Part shown: piece after piece, positions 1-9,438 of the stretch
Layout: each line of letters opens with the position of its first letter
Numbering within the stretch: the first letter of the stretch is position 1
NCBI GenBank assembly: GCA_963755675.1
Contig: CAVWLK010000040.1
Location: 57,584 to 121,583, forward strand
Origin: an uncultured Actinomycetes bacterium
GTDB taxonomy: Bacteria; Actinomycetota; Thermoleophilia; Gaiellales; JAICJC01
Length of the DNA: 64,000 nt
Reading direction: 5' to 3'
Made by a program: the position numbers and the translations under genes
Notes under the pieces: model-generated
Databases searched by the model: none
Seen by the model: the letters and a program-made list of their open reading frames with translations, nothing else
Told to the model about the DNA's origin: nothing

Positions 1-1110
1 ACGATCGATCTCGCGCGCGAACTGGTGGGAGCCCGGCAGGCCCTGGACGACGGCCTGACACTGCCGAGCCACTGGTACACGGATCCCGAGATCTTCGCCC
101 TCGAGCAGCAGCGAATCTTCGGCCGTGGCTGGCAGTGTGTTGGCGAGCTGCGCGACCTCTCTCAGGTTGGGGACTACCTCACCGCGAGGATCGGCAGGGT
201 GCCCATCCTGGTTACCCGCACCGAGTCGGGCGAGCTGGCGGGCCTCGTAAACGTATGCCGTCACCGGGCTCATGAAGTCGTTCAGGGCAAAGGCTGCCGG
301 AGAACGCTGCAATGCCCGTACCACGGATGGACCTACAACCTCGACGGCACGCTACGAGCCGTGCCCCGGGCAGACAGGGAGGCGGCATTCCGTCTCTCCG
401 AGCTCAATCTCATGCCGGTGAGCGTTGAGATCTGGGAATCGTTCGTGTTTGTACGGGTGGATAAGCAACCGACACCGTTTCGCGACGTCCTGGGAGATGT
501 CCCAGCGTTGATGGCATCCTACGGGTTCGACTTCTCCGAGCTCGAGCACCGAAAGCGCATCGAATACGAGCTGGCGGCGAACTGGAAGGTCTACGTCGAA
601 AACAGCATCGAGTGTTATCACTGCCCAGTCGCGCATGCCGAACTCTCAAGCGTCGTCGAATGCGTCCGGACGTGTATCGCCTCCAGGCTGACGGATACGT
701 GATCAGCCATCAGAGCCAAGGCTGCGCGACCAGGCGCGCAGCAACGGCCGCATCGGCCCGTTGATGGAGCAGCGCGCAGATGTACCGGAGTTTCTGTTCT
801 TCTACGTGTGGCCGAGCTTCATGATCGCACCGTCACCGAAGCGACTATGGGTAGGTCGTATGGAGCGGTCAGCCCCGGGTTGACCCGAGTGGTCACTGAC
901 TTCTACTTCGAGCCAGGCGTTGAAGAAGAGCTCGTCGAAGAGTCGGCCGCATTCAGCGACCGAGTGCTCGAGGAGGATGGGGCCTGGTCGAGTCCGTTTC
1001 AGCGCGGCCTCGCGTCCCAAGCGGTACCGTTCGGCCGTCTGCTTCCCCAGAGCGAGTCGTTGCTTCGGCACTTCCAAGGGCTGGTCCACACCGCTTTGAC
1101 CACCGAGTAG
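1..1110 (+). pseudogene. Rieske-type aromatic ring-hydroxylating oxygenase alpha subunit, frame-disrupted; 5' end may lie outside the window
   Basis: Frame 1 is open from nt 1. Rieske motif CRHRAH...CPYHGW and catalytic-domain ENSIECYHCPVAH are present. The homologous reading then drifts to frame 3 (~655, DVYRLQADGYVISHQ), to frame 2 (~718, PEFLFFYVWPSFMIA) and back to frame 1 (~840, ORF 808..1110). Confidence 0.8.
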
Positions 1111-1210
1111 GCTTTCCCCCCTGAGGCGGCGCGGCCTAACCGCGCGATTCGCCCAGGAATTCTGCAACAACTCTTGGAATCCTTCTGGAAGAGAAGAAGA
1201 GAACCAAGAG

Positions 1211-1283
1211 AGCGGACGACGGGTCTCGAACCCGCGACCTTCGGCTTGGGAAGCCAACGCTCTACCAACTGAGCTACGTCCGC
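1211..1283 (-). tRNA. tRNA-Gly (anticodon CCC)
   Basis: The reverse complement GCGGACGTAGCTCAGTTGGTAGAGCGTTGGCTTCCCAAGCCGAAGGTCGCGGGTTCGAGACCCGTCGTCCGCT folds as a cloverleaf. It has a 7-bp acceptor stem GCGGACG/CGTCCGC, anticodon loop TTCCCAA and T-loop TTCGAGA. No CCA is encoded. Confidence 0.93.
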
Positions 1284-1336
1284 GCGAAAACCCGTGGCAA
1301 GCTACCCCACGTCAACGGGCAGGTGAAGAGCCTAGC

Positions 1337-3597
1337 TCACCGACTCGTCGTTAGACGGCGAATGGGATCGGCGGGAAGCGTGAGTCGCATGCGCGCTCCT
1401 TGGCTTGGGCGCGGAGTCGATCGTGAGCACAACCACCCGGCCAGCCGGGCGCGCTCCGATGGTCGTGTCCAGTCCCAGGTGCATCCGGCTGCGCTCCCGT
1501 GTCAAGCGCTCCCTGAACGTCGAATCCGACTCTCGTCATCGTCCACGTCGAACACGATCGTGTCGCCTGCCTGGCATAGCCACGAATCGAGAGCCTCGAG
1601 GCGCGGCTGTGCTTGCGGGCGTTGACGATCAGCTCGCGTACGCAGCGGTAGACGATCGTCTCGGTGGTGGTCGACTGGCGGGGAAGATCGATGTCCAGCT
1701 CGAGTGTCGACCAGGGCCCGTCCGCCGCCACTTCGGACAACGCCGAGGTGACGCCGGCGCTGTCGAGGATCTGAGGTCGCATTTCGAACATCAGACGGCG
1801 CGTGCGTTCCAAGCCGGCGGCGAGCATCGGCTCGAACTTGGCGAGCTGCGGCACGTCGCGTCTGAGCATCTGCACCTTCATCAGCAGCGCCGTCATCAGC
1901 TGCACGGTGTCATCGTGAAGCTCGGCCGCGATCCTCGCCTGTTCCGCCTCGACAGCGTTCACCATCGTGGCCATCACCTCTCGGCTGCGCCGTTCCGCCG
2001 CGTGAAGCGCCGTCGTGTCGATCATCGCGCCCTCGACCGCCGTCACCTCGGCGCCCGAGCCGCGCACAGACCGGGCCATCAGCTGGACGTGGCGCTCTTG
2101 GCCGTCAGGGCGAAGCATCCGCACGTGCACGTCGTAAGAATCGGCCCGCCCGGCGTAGACCGCGCCGATCGCCTGTTGCGAAACCGCGAGGTCGTCGGGG
2201 TGGATCATGCTCAGCCGCTCGGCCGCTGACATCGAAAGCCACTGCTCCGGGCTCAACCCCATGATCGCTTCGAGCTGCGGGCTGACGTACAGCGGAGCGC
2301 CCGACGGCTCGGTCACAAACGTGACCAACGGAATCTGCTCGACCAGCGTCTGGTAGAGGTGGCGTTGACGGTCCCGGTCGGCCTCCGCGTTCACCTGGTC
2401 GGTGATGTCTCGGATGATGCCCTGCCGCCACAGCGGCACCCCCGTGTCGTCGGTGACGAGCGTCATCTCGTCGCTGATCCAGCGGTACGAGCCGTCCGCG
2501 TGGCGTATCCGATACGTGATCAGACACTCGAGGCTGCCCACCGCCGCTGCTGTTTCGGTCACGTGCAGGATCGACCCGACGTCGTCAGGGTGGGCGAACT
2601 GCTCGTACCACTGCCGTTCGCCAACGGGGGCAAACCACTGCTCCGGCGTGTAGCCGAACATCGTTCCAAGCTGCGGGCTGACGTAGAACCCCTGCGCGCC
2701 GTCGGGGCTGTCGCGATAGGTCACCATCGGCATCCGCTCGACGAGCGTCTGGTAGATCTGACGCTGCTCCTCGAGCGCTTCGCTCGCGCGAAGCTGGTCG
2801 GTGATGTCCTCGCCGATGCCGGCCACCGCCCACACACGCCCCTGATCGTCATGCACCGGCGTGTTCGACCAGGTCATCAGCCGCACCTCTCCGTCACGGG
2901 TTAGCAGCGGCACCGCGACGTCGTGAGGACTGAAGATGCCCTTCTCTTTTAGGTCGCGGTAGAAGCGATCCTCGCCCTCACGCTGGTCGGCTGGGACCAG
3001 CAGGTCAAGCCAGCGGGCACCGACCAGCTCGTCGACCTCATAGCCGGTCAGCCGCGCCAGGTACTCGTTGGCGAACACGATCGTCGAGTCGCCATCGGTG
3101 ATCGTCGCGGCCAGCTGCACATCCTCGAGCAGCGAGCGGAATCGCTGCTCTGACTCGGCCGGCGGCTCCGAGAGCAGCCCCGGCACCCGACGCTGCGCGG
3201 TGACGTCTCGAAACAGCGATCCCACGCCGATGACTCGTCCGCGCTCGCGAACGGGAAAGTAGGTGCTATCGAACGCTGCGATTCCCGACAGACCTCCGGT
3301 GGCACCGGTGACGCTTTGGCCTTCGAGCGTCTCGCCGGTTTCGAGCATGCGTCGCAGTCGCTCGGCGACCACATCGGCGAGGTCTGGCATCACCTGCCAG
3401 AGGGTCAGCCCGACCGGATTTCGACCATGGGCGCGTTCCAGGAACCGATTCGCATACGTATAGCGCAGGTCGCGGTCGAACAGGGCGATGCCGATCGGCG
3501 CTTCATCTGCGAGCAGGCCGAGCAACGCGATATCGATTCCGTCTACGGCGGCGAGACGTAACGCGTCGGACGCCGACCCATGCGTGCCTGGTGTCAC
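1337..3597 (-). pseudogene. Cytoplasmic multi-PAS sensor histidine kinase (HisKA_3 + HATPase_c); ATPase domain frame-disrupted
   Basis: Based on ORF 1351..4041. It has several PAS-like modules, H-box AELHDDTVQLMTALL and N-box RELIVNARKHS. The last ~250 nt need about 6 frame switches to follow the paralog at 6708..9401 (DTIVFDVDDDGVGFDV, RMHLGLDTTI, ERARLAG, LTIDSAP, GARMRLTLPADP), which puts the stop at 1337. The start is placed at GTG 3597 because 3634..4152 on the other strand is convincingly coding. Confidence 0.8.
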
Positions 3598-3633
3598 ATC
3601 GGGTTGATCGGCCACCAGTATGCGCGAATGTAG

Positions 3634-4152
3634 GTGACTTCGCCGGCCACGCTGCGGCCTCTCGTGACCGCCCGCAGGCCGGTAGAATTGCCCCGAATCG
3701 TGGACATCAACGCACAGCTGAGACGGGAGTACGAGCAGGAGCATCTGCTGATGCGCCTGCTGCTCACGGTGGTCGGCGCCACCGTTGCGATCGTCGGCTC
3801 GTTCATGGCTTGGACACACGGTCTGGCGAACACAGCCGGGCCGATCACCGAAGGCAGGATCGGCGGCGACGGCAAGTACACCGCGATGCTTGCCCTCGCC
3901 GTGCTCGCCTGCACAGCCTGGTACGTCGCTCGTCCCTCCCGCCGGTCGGCCCTTGTCACCACGATCGCCTCGGCGATCCTGTTCGTCGTCAGCGTGGGCG
4001 AGTGGATGTCCGTCTCGGACTACGTCCAGAGCGTCAACCATGACAACGGGCTGTTCGCGACCGCCAGCGTCGCGGCCGGGAGTTGGATCGTGATGCTGGG
4101 CGCATCATTGGCGCTCGCCGGATCGATCTGGACGATGCGAATCGATCGCTAG
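3634..4152 (+). CDS. Hypothetical integral membrane protein (about 4 TM segments)
   Basis: 172-aa ORF with hydrophobic stretches LLLTVVGATVAIVGSFMAW, AMLALAVLACTAWYV, LVTTIASAILFVVSV and AAGSWIVMLGASLALAGSIW. An alternative start is ATG 3751. Confidence 0.6.
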   Translation: MTSPATLRPLVTARRPVELPRIVDINAQLRREYEQEHLLMRLLLTVVGATVAIVGSFMAWTHGLANTAGPITEGRIGGDGKYTAMLALAVLACTAWYVARPSRRSALVTTIASAILFVVSVGEWMSVSDYVQSVNHDNGLFATASVAAGSWIVMLGASLALAGSIWTMRIDR

Positions 4153-4164
4153 GCCTTCGGCCTA
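4150..4164. terminator. Short hairpin formed by the two convergent stop codons (TAGGCC-TTCG-GGCCTA)
   Basis: 6-bp stem with a TTCG tetraloop. TAG 4150-4152 ends the plus-strand gene and CTA 4162-4164 is the stop of the minus-strand gene. There is no U-tract, so terminator function is uncertain. Confidence 0.3.
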
Positions 4165-5109
4165 CAGAACCAACACCACCTTGCCCTGGCCGCTACCGGT
4201 CTCGACCCGCTCGTGGGCCTTGGCCGCGTCCTCCAGCGGCAGCAGCTCGTCGACCAACGGCCTCACACCATGGACCCTCACCTGCTCCGCCAGCGCATCG
4301 AGCGCCTCCCGCCCCGGCCGCACGAGCACCCCGATCAGCGTCATGTTGCGGTCGATCACCTCGTCGAGATCGACCGCCAGCTCGACGATCGAGCCCAGCC
4401 GGGCGCCCTCCGCCGCAACATCCAGGCTCGCCGCCAGGCAGCCGTGACCGACCAGGTCGGCAACCAGCCGAAAGTCGCCGCCGGCAAGATCGCGGGCCGC
4501 CGTCAACGCGTCCGGCTGGTGGCGGTCGACGACCACGCTCACTCCCAGCCGTTGCAGCAGCTCGTGCCTGTTGAGCGCTGCCGGTGCCGCAACCTGCACG
4601 CCGCGAGCGCGCGCGAGCTGACACAGCAGGTGACCGACGCCTCCCGCCGCGCCGTGCACCAGCATCCACTCGCCGGCCACCGGGTCGAGCCGGTCGAGCA
4701 GCTGCATGGCCGTCACACCGGCCAGCGGCATCGCTGCGACCTCCGATGGTTCGAGCTCGGCCGGCCGCCGGGCCACCAACTGCGCGTCGCACACCACCTC
4801 GTCCGCGTATGCCCCCCACCGCGTCCCGCGCACCGGTAGCAACCCCCACACCGCGTCGCCGCCGGCAAGGTCGTCCACCCCCTCGCCGACCTCCGTCACG
4901 CGCCCGGCGAACTCGTAGCCGACCACGAACGGCGCCTCCAGGCCGGCCCAGCCGGGCTCGGCGCGATTGAAGGCATCGACCGGGTTCACGCCGGCCGCCT
5001 CGACCCGCACCCGCACCTGCCCCGACGCGGCGCGGCGGACGGGCAGCTCGCCCGGCCGCATCTGCTGCACGCCACCCGAGCTCTCGACGATCATGGCCCG
5101 CACGGCCAC
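4162..5109 (-). CDS. Zinc-type alcohol dehydrogenase / NADPH:quinone oxidoreductase family (MDR)
   Basis: 315 aa with VRVEAAGVNPVD, VVGYEFAGRVTEVGEGV and the Rossmann segment LVHGAAGGVGHLLCQLA. Confidence 0.85.
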   Translation of the reverse strand: MAVRAMIVESSGGVQQMRPGELPVRRAASGQVRVRVEAAGVNPVDAFNRAEPGWAGLEAPFVVGYEFAGRVTEVGEGVDDLAGGDAVWGLLPVRGTRWGAYADEVVCDAQLVARRPAELEPSEVAAMPLAGVTAMQLLDRLDPVAGEWMLVHGAAGGVGHLLCQLARARGVQVAAPAALNRHELLQRLGVSVVVDRHQPDALTAARDLAGGDFRLVADLVGHGCLAASLDVAAEGARLGSIVELAVDLDEVIDRNMTLIGVLVRPGREALDALAEQVRVHGVRPLVDELLPLEDAAKAHERVETGSGQGKVVLVL

Positions 5110-5113
5110 CCGC

Positions 5114-5746
5114 TCAGACCTCGATCAGCTTCTCGCGGATCGCCAGCGCCACCGCCTGGGTTCGCGTGTCGGCGTCGAGCTTCCGCATCGCCGAGCGCAG
5201 ATGGGTGCGGATTGTCTCGGTCGAGAGGAACAGCTTGGCGGCGATCTCACGGCTGGCAACCCCGGATGCCATCATGCTCAGGATGTCGCGCTCGCGCTCG
5301 GTCAGCCGGGTGAGGTGGCCCAGTGCCTCGCGCGAGACCAGCTCCCCGCCGAGCGACGGGTCGACGTAAGCGCCGCCGCCGGCGACCGTCCGAACGGCGC
5401 GAATCACCTCGTCGGGGTGGGCATTCTTCAGCACGTAGCCGCGCGCGCCGATGTCCAAGCTCTTGGAGAGCTGGTGCCGCTCGCCGTACGCGGTGAAGAT
5501 GATCACGCCGATGTCGGGCTGCGCGGCGAGGATCTGCGTCGTCGCCTCCATTCCATCGATGCCGTTCCCGAGCTGGATGTCCATCAAGACCACGTCTGGG
5601 TGCCTCTTGGCGGCCATCGCCACCCCGGCCTCGCCGGACGCTGCCTCCCCAACCAGCGTCAGCTCGGGGTCGCTGCCGAGGATCAGCTTGACGCCCGCCC
5701 GCACCGCCACGTGATCGTCCACGATCATGCATCTCACCGCGCTCAC
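5114..5746 (-). CDS. NarL/LuxR-family response regulator (REC + HTH_LuxR)
   Basis: 210 aa with MIVDDH at the N-terminus, acceptor region VVLMDIQL, and C-terminal LTERERDILSMMASGVASREIAAKLFLSTETIRTHL. Confidence 0.92.
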   Translation of the reverse strand: MSAVRCMIVDDHVAVRAGVKLILGSDPELTLVGEAASGEAGVAMAAKRHPDVVLMDIQLGNGIDGMEATTQILAAQPDIGVIIFTAYGERHQLSKSLDIGARGYVLKNAHPDEVIRAVRTVAGGGAYVDPSLGGELVSREALGHLTRLTERERDILSMMASGVASREIAAKLFLSTETIRTHLRSAMRKLDADTRTQAVALAIREKLIEV

Positions 5747-5776
5747 CGCCAGATCATCGCACGCGGCGGGCGGCGA

Positions 5777-6562
5777 TCAAGCTGCGATCGAGTCGTACCC
5801 CTCCAGATCGCGAGCCAGCTTGCCGCGAATCTCGCGTGCCACCTGGCTGATGCGGGACTCCGAGACGCCCAGGAGATCGGACACGTAGCGTCCCGAACGG
5901 CCCTCCACGAACACCAGCTGGACGATCGTGCGTTCCCGCTCGTTGAGACGGCTGAGCGCCTCGCGGATCATGCCGGCACGCTCGCCGGCGAGGGCCGAAT
6001 CCTCGGGCGACGCACCGTCCGCGCCGACCGTCTCGATCAGCTGGATGGTGCCCTCGTCACCCTCTCCCACCGTCGTGTGAAGCGAAGCCACCTCGGCCCG
6101 CTCGAGCTGAGAGCTGATCGTCGTCAGCTCGGCGACGTCCGTACCCAGCGACTCCGCCAACTCCTTGAGGGTGGGCGCGCGCCGCAGCCGCTCCGCACAC
6201 TGCCGTCGTGCCGTCTCGATCTCGCGCGCTCGCTTGCGCAGCCGGCGCGGAGCCCAGTCCAGCCGTCGCAGCTCGTCGATCATGCCACCCGCGACCCGCG
6301 TCCAGGCGTACTGCTCGAACGAGGCTCCCAGGGCAGGGTCGAAACCATCCACGGACTGCACCAGCACCAACAGTCCAGCTGAGACCAGATCCTCAAGCGA
6401 GACGTGTCCCGGCGCGCGCCGCACCGTGCGGGTCGCGATGTACTTCACCAGCGGCGCGTACGACAGGATCAAACGGTCACGGGCGGCGACATCGCCGCGC
6501 GTCTTCCATTGGCGCCATAGATCCTCGGCGGCATCCGCAGACAGACGGATCTCGTCGGACAT
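5777..6562 (-). CDS. Group 3 sigma-70 family sigma factor (FliA/WhiG-like)
   Basis: ATG 6562 is preceded by AAGGAG. Region 2 reads DLVSAGLLVLVQSVDGFDPALGASFEQYAWTRVAGGMIDELRRLDWAPR. Region 4 reads LNERERTIVQLVFVEGRSGRYVSDLLGVSESRISQV. The ORF extension up to 6985 overlaps the kinase gene and looks non-coding. Confidence 0.88.
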   Translation of the reverse strand: MSDEIRLSADAAEDLWRQWKTRGDVAARDRLILSYAPLVKYIATRTVRRAPGHVSLEDLVSAGLLVLVQSVDGFDPALGASFEQYAWTRVAGGMIDELRRLDWAPRRLRKRAREIETARRQCAERLRRAPTLKELAESLGTDVAELTTISSQLERAEVASLHTTVGEGDEGTIQLIETVGADGASPEDSALAGERAGMIREALSRLNERERTIVQLVFVEGRSGRYVSDLLGVSESRISQVAREIRGKLARDLEGYDSIAA

Positions 6563-6707
6563 TGCTGTGCTCCTTGTCCCTCGCAGGATGGATGTCTGGG
6601 GTATCGGAGCCTGCCCAATGCGGCAGCCATCCTCCGCCTCGCAGAACACGGCCACCGAATCGCAGGCAACGTCTACGCCCAAACGCAGGCCAGCGCTACG
6701 CCGATTG

Positions 6708-9401
6708 TCAGGTGGCGGAGTCGCCGTTTGCTCGCGGCTGCGCTGGGAGCGAGAGCTCGATCCGCGCGCCCGCTCCGGGCGACGACTCGATGTCGAGCGA
6801 TCCGCCGACCAGGTTGAGCCGCTCGCCGGTGGCGTCCAGGCCGATGTGCATCCGCATGTGGTCGCGATCGAGAGCGCGGGCGACATCGAAGCCGACGCCG
6901 TCGTCCTCCACGACAAACCGCAGCTGGCCATCCGCCTGCCAGCCGCGGACGGACAGCCGCGACGCCTTGCTGTGCTTGCGAGCATTGATGATCAGCTCCC
7001 GGAGGGCGCGATAGGCGACCGCTTCCAGCGTGTCCGTCTGGCGGTCGACGTCGATCGCCACCTCGGCCTCATGCCACGGCCCCTCCACGGCCAGCTCGTC
7101 GATCGCCGCGCCCAGCCCGGAGCGCTGCAGCACGTGGGGCCGCAGCTCGAACATCAGCCGACGCGTCCGATCGAGCGCTGCGGTGAGCTCCTGCTCTAAC
7201 CGTTCGAGCTCTGGATCGGTGCGCATCAACATTCGTACGTGCATCAGCAGCGCGGTCATCACCTGCACCGTGTCGTCGTGCAGCTCGGTGGCGATCCGCG
7301 CGCGCTCGTCCTCGGCCGCCGTTACGAGAGCCCCCAAGACCTCGTTGCTACGCTGCTCCGCCGCGCGCAGCTCGGTCAGGTTGACCACCACCCCCTGCGT
7401 GCCCAGCACGGCACCGTCGGCGCCGCTGAGCCGTCGCGCGATGATCTGCACGTACCGCAGGGTGCCGTCTCGTGCGACCATCCTCACCGCCTCGTCGGCC
7501 GAGTCCACCTGACCGGCGAGAAGCGCCTCCTGCCGCTCGGCCATCCGCGATTGGTCATCAGGGTGGAAGATCAGCGATCTCCGCTCCAACTCGTCCATGC
7601 CTTCGAGCTCGTCCTGTGTGTAACCCAGTAACTGCTCGCACTGCGGGCTGACATACGTGGTGACACCCAGATCGTCGGTCACGTACGTCAGCACAGGCGT
7701 CTGCTCGATCAGCGTCTGGTAGCGGAGCAGATGAGCGTCCCGCTCTGCGCGAGCATTCACCTCGTCGGTCGTGTCAATCAGGATGCCCTGAACCCCCATG
7801 AGCTCCCCGTTCGCGTCCTTGAGCGTTCGTGCGATCAGGCGGACGTGGCGGGTCGAGCCGTCCGCGTGGATCATGCGCGCCGCGATGTTGTAGCCGTCGC
7901 TGCGACCCTCGTAGACGTCCCTCCCCTTGGCGAGCGTCCACTCGCGGTCGTCGGGGTGGAACCACGGCCTGCGGGACTCCGGGGTCTGTCCGCGCGCCAT
8001 CGCTTGCTCGACCGTGATACCGAGGATCTGCTCGATCTGCGGGCTGACGTAGACAGCATGCCCGTCGGTGTCGAAGACGTACGTCGCGACCGGGAGTTGT
8101 TCGATCAGGTTCTGGTAACGGAGCAGATGAGCGTCCCGTTCTGCGCGAGCATTAACCTCGTCCGTGACGTCGATCGTCACGCCCTGACTGGCAACGACGG
8201 TGCCGCTCTCATCCTTGAGAGCGCGAACGATCATCCTCACGTGGCGCTCGCTTCCGTCGGCGTGGAACTCCCGCCCTTCGAAGGTATATCCGTCGGATCG
8301 GCCCGCGTACATCTCGCGGGCCTGAGCGAGCCCACGGTCATAGTCGTCGGGGTGAAACCACGACCGCCGGCCCTCCGGAGTTCTTCCCTCCTCGAGCGCT
8401 CGCTCGGCACTAATGCCCCTAAGCGACTCGATCTGAGGACTGACATAGAGCAGGGTGTCGTCCGCACCTACCAGGTATGTGACCACCGGCAGTTGCTCGA
8501 TCAGCGTCTGGTAGCGGAGCAGATGAGCGTCCCGCTCCGCACGAGCATTGACCTCGTCCGTGACATCGATCAGCACTCCCTGAATGGCCACGATGGTGCC
8601 GCTGTCGTCTTTGAGGGCGCGGCCGATCACCCTCACGTGGCGCACGCTCCCGTCAGCGTGGAACATCCGCCCCTCGAAGGTGTACCCGTCGGCTCGGCCC
8701 TCGTACATGTCGCGAACCGGAGCGTCCCCGAGGTCGTAGTCGTCGGGGTGGAACCACGGCCTGCGGGACTCCGGGGTCTGTCCGCGCGCCATCGCTTGCT
8801 CGACCGTGATACCGAGGATCTGCTCGATCTGCGGGCTGACGTAGACAGGATGCCCGTCGGTGTCGAAGACGTACGTCGCGACCGGGAGTTGTTCGATCAG
8901 CGTCTGGTAGCGCCGTCGCTGCTCGGCCAGGTCGGCGGTGGCGGCGACCTCAGCCGTGACGTCGGACAAGAACCCCAGCATGTCCGTGCCGGACACCGGT
9001 GACTGCGACTCGCGGATCCAGATCGTGCGGCCGTCGCTGCGCTTCCAGCGAAACTGACTGGGCCGCGGATCGTCGTTCGACCGCCAGCGATCGGGATCGG
9101 CCAGGTCGTCCGGGTGGACGCGCGATCTAAACCGGAGCATGCCTTCCTCACCCAGCCACATCGCGGCCGGCTCGCCGGTCAACTGCTCCACCTGAGACGA
9201 GACGAAGGAGATGGACATGGTCTCCGTGTTCCACACGGCGACCGTCGCGGGCAGCCGGTCGATCAGCTCTTGGTAGTGCGCCGCGAGCGCGTCCCCTCCA
9301 CCCATAGGAGGCGTTCCGCGGCGGCGCACCAGCATCCAGAGCGTGACGGCCAAGGCGACCGACACGACGACGAGCAGCGCCACCAACGCCGGCGTCACCA
9401 T
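6708..9401 (-). CDS. Membrane-anchored sensor histidine kinase with five PAS modules (four in a 132-aa tandem array), HisKA_3 + HATPase_c
   Basis: Start at ATG 9401 gives the TM anchor MVTPALVALLVVVSVALAVTLWML. Three of the four tandem PAS modules are preceded by the linker DEVNARAERDAHLLRYQ.LIEQ (the first by AEQRRRYQTLIEQ). The H-box is TELHDDTVQVMTALL, followed by DDGVGFD and GGSLDIESSPGAGARIELSLP. Confidence 0.9.
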   Translation of the reverse strand: MVTPALVALLVVVSVALAVTLWMLVRRRGTPPMGGGDALAAHYQELIDRLPATVAVWNTETMSISFVSSQVEQLTGEPAAMWLGEEGMLRFRSRVHPDDLADPDRWRSNDDPRPSQFRWKRSDGRTIWIRESQSPVSGTDMLGFLSDVTAEVAATADLAEQRRRYQTLIEQLPVATYVFDTDGHPVYVSPQIEQILGITVEQAMARGQTPESRRPWFHPDDYDLGDAPVRDMYEGRADGYTFEGRMFHADGSVRHVRVIGRALKDDSGTIVAIQGVLIDVTDEVNARAERDAHLLRYQTLIEQLPVVTYLVGADDTLLYVSPQIESLRGISAERALEEGRTPEGRRSWFHPDDYDRGLAQAREMYAGRSDGYTFEGREFHADGSERHVRMIVRALKDESGTVVASQGVTIDVTDEVNARAERDAHLLRYQNLIEQLPVATYVFDTDGHAVYVSPQIEQILGITVEQAMARGQTPESRRPWFHPDDREWTLAKGRDVYEGRSDGYNIAARMIHADGSTRHVRLIARTLKDANGELMGVQGILIDTTDEVNARAERDAHLLRYQTLIEQTPVLTYVTDDLGVTTYVSPQCEQLLGYTQDELEGMDELERRSLIFHPDDQSRMAERQEALLAGQVDSADEAVRMVARDGTLRYVQIIARRLSGADGAVLGTQGVVVNLTELRAAEQRSNEVLGALVTAAEDERARIATELHDDTVQVMTALLMHVRMLMRTDPELERLEQELTAALDRTRRLMFELRPHVLQRSGLGAAIDELAVEGPWHEAEVAIDVDRQTDTLEAVAYRALRELIINARKHSKASRLSVRGWQADGQLRFVVEDDGVGFDVARALDRDHMRMHIGLDATGERLNLVGGSLDIESSPGAGARIELSLPAQPRANGDSAT
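7947..8108. repeat. Intragenic direct repeat, copy A (162 nt)
   Basis: Identical to 8739..8900 except for one base (8057 c versus 8849 g). The offset is 792 bp, which equals two PAS-module periods of 396 bp. Confidence 0.9.
8739..8900. repeat. Intragenic direct repeat, copy B (162 nt)
   Basis: Partner of 7947..8108. The intervening module at +396 bp and the sequences flanking both copies are far more diverged. Confidence 0.9.
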
Positions 9402-9438
9402 GCGCCCCCCGAGCCTGCAGCCACTCGGGCCATGCAGT

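Noticed and set aside
3598-4041. N-terminal extensions of annotated ORFs. Examples are kinase 1351..4041, sigma 5777..6985, kinase 6708..9527, argS 9802..11553, whiA 18974..20131 and Tad/NlpC 22812..24956.
   Set aside because: The extensions overlap neighbouring, clearly coding genes and have Arg/Pro-rich non-protein-like composition. Internal ATG or GTG starts with better context (RBS, 4-nt overlaps, homologous N-termini) exist.
7700-8950. Regularly spaced repeats (period about 396 bp) that could suggest a CRISPR array or a non-coding tandem repeat.
   Set aside because: The period is far too long and no short spacers are present. The repeats lie in-frame inside a continuous kinase ORF and encode PAS modules.
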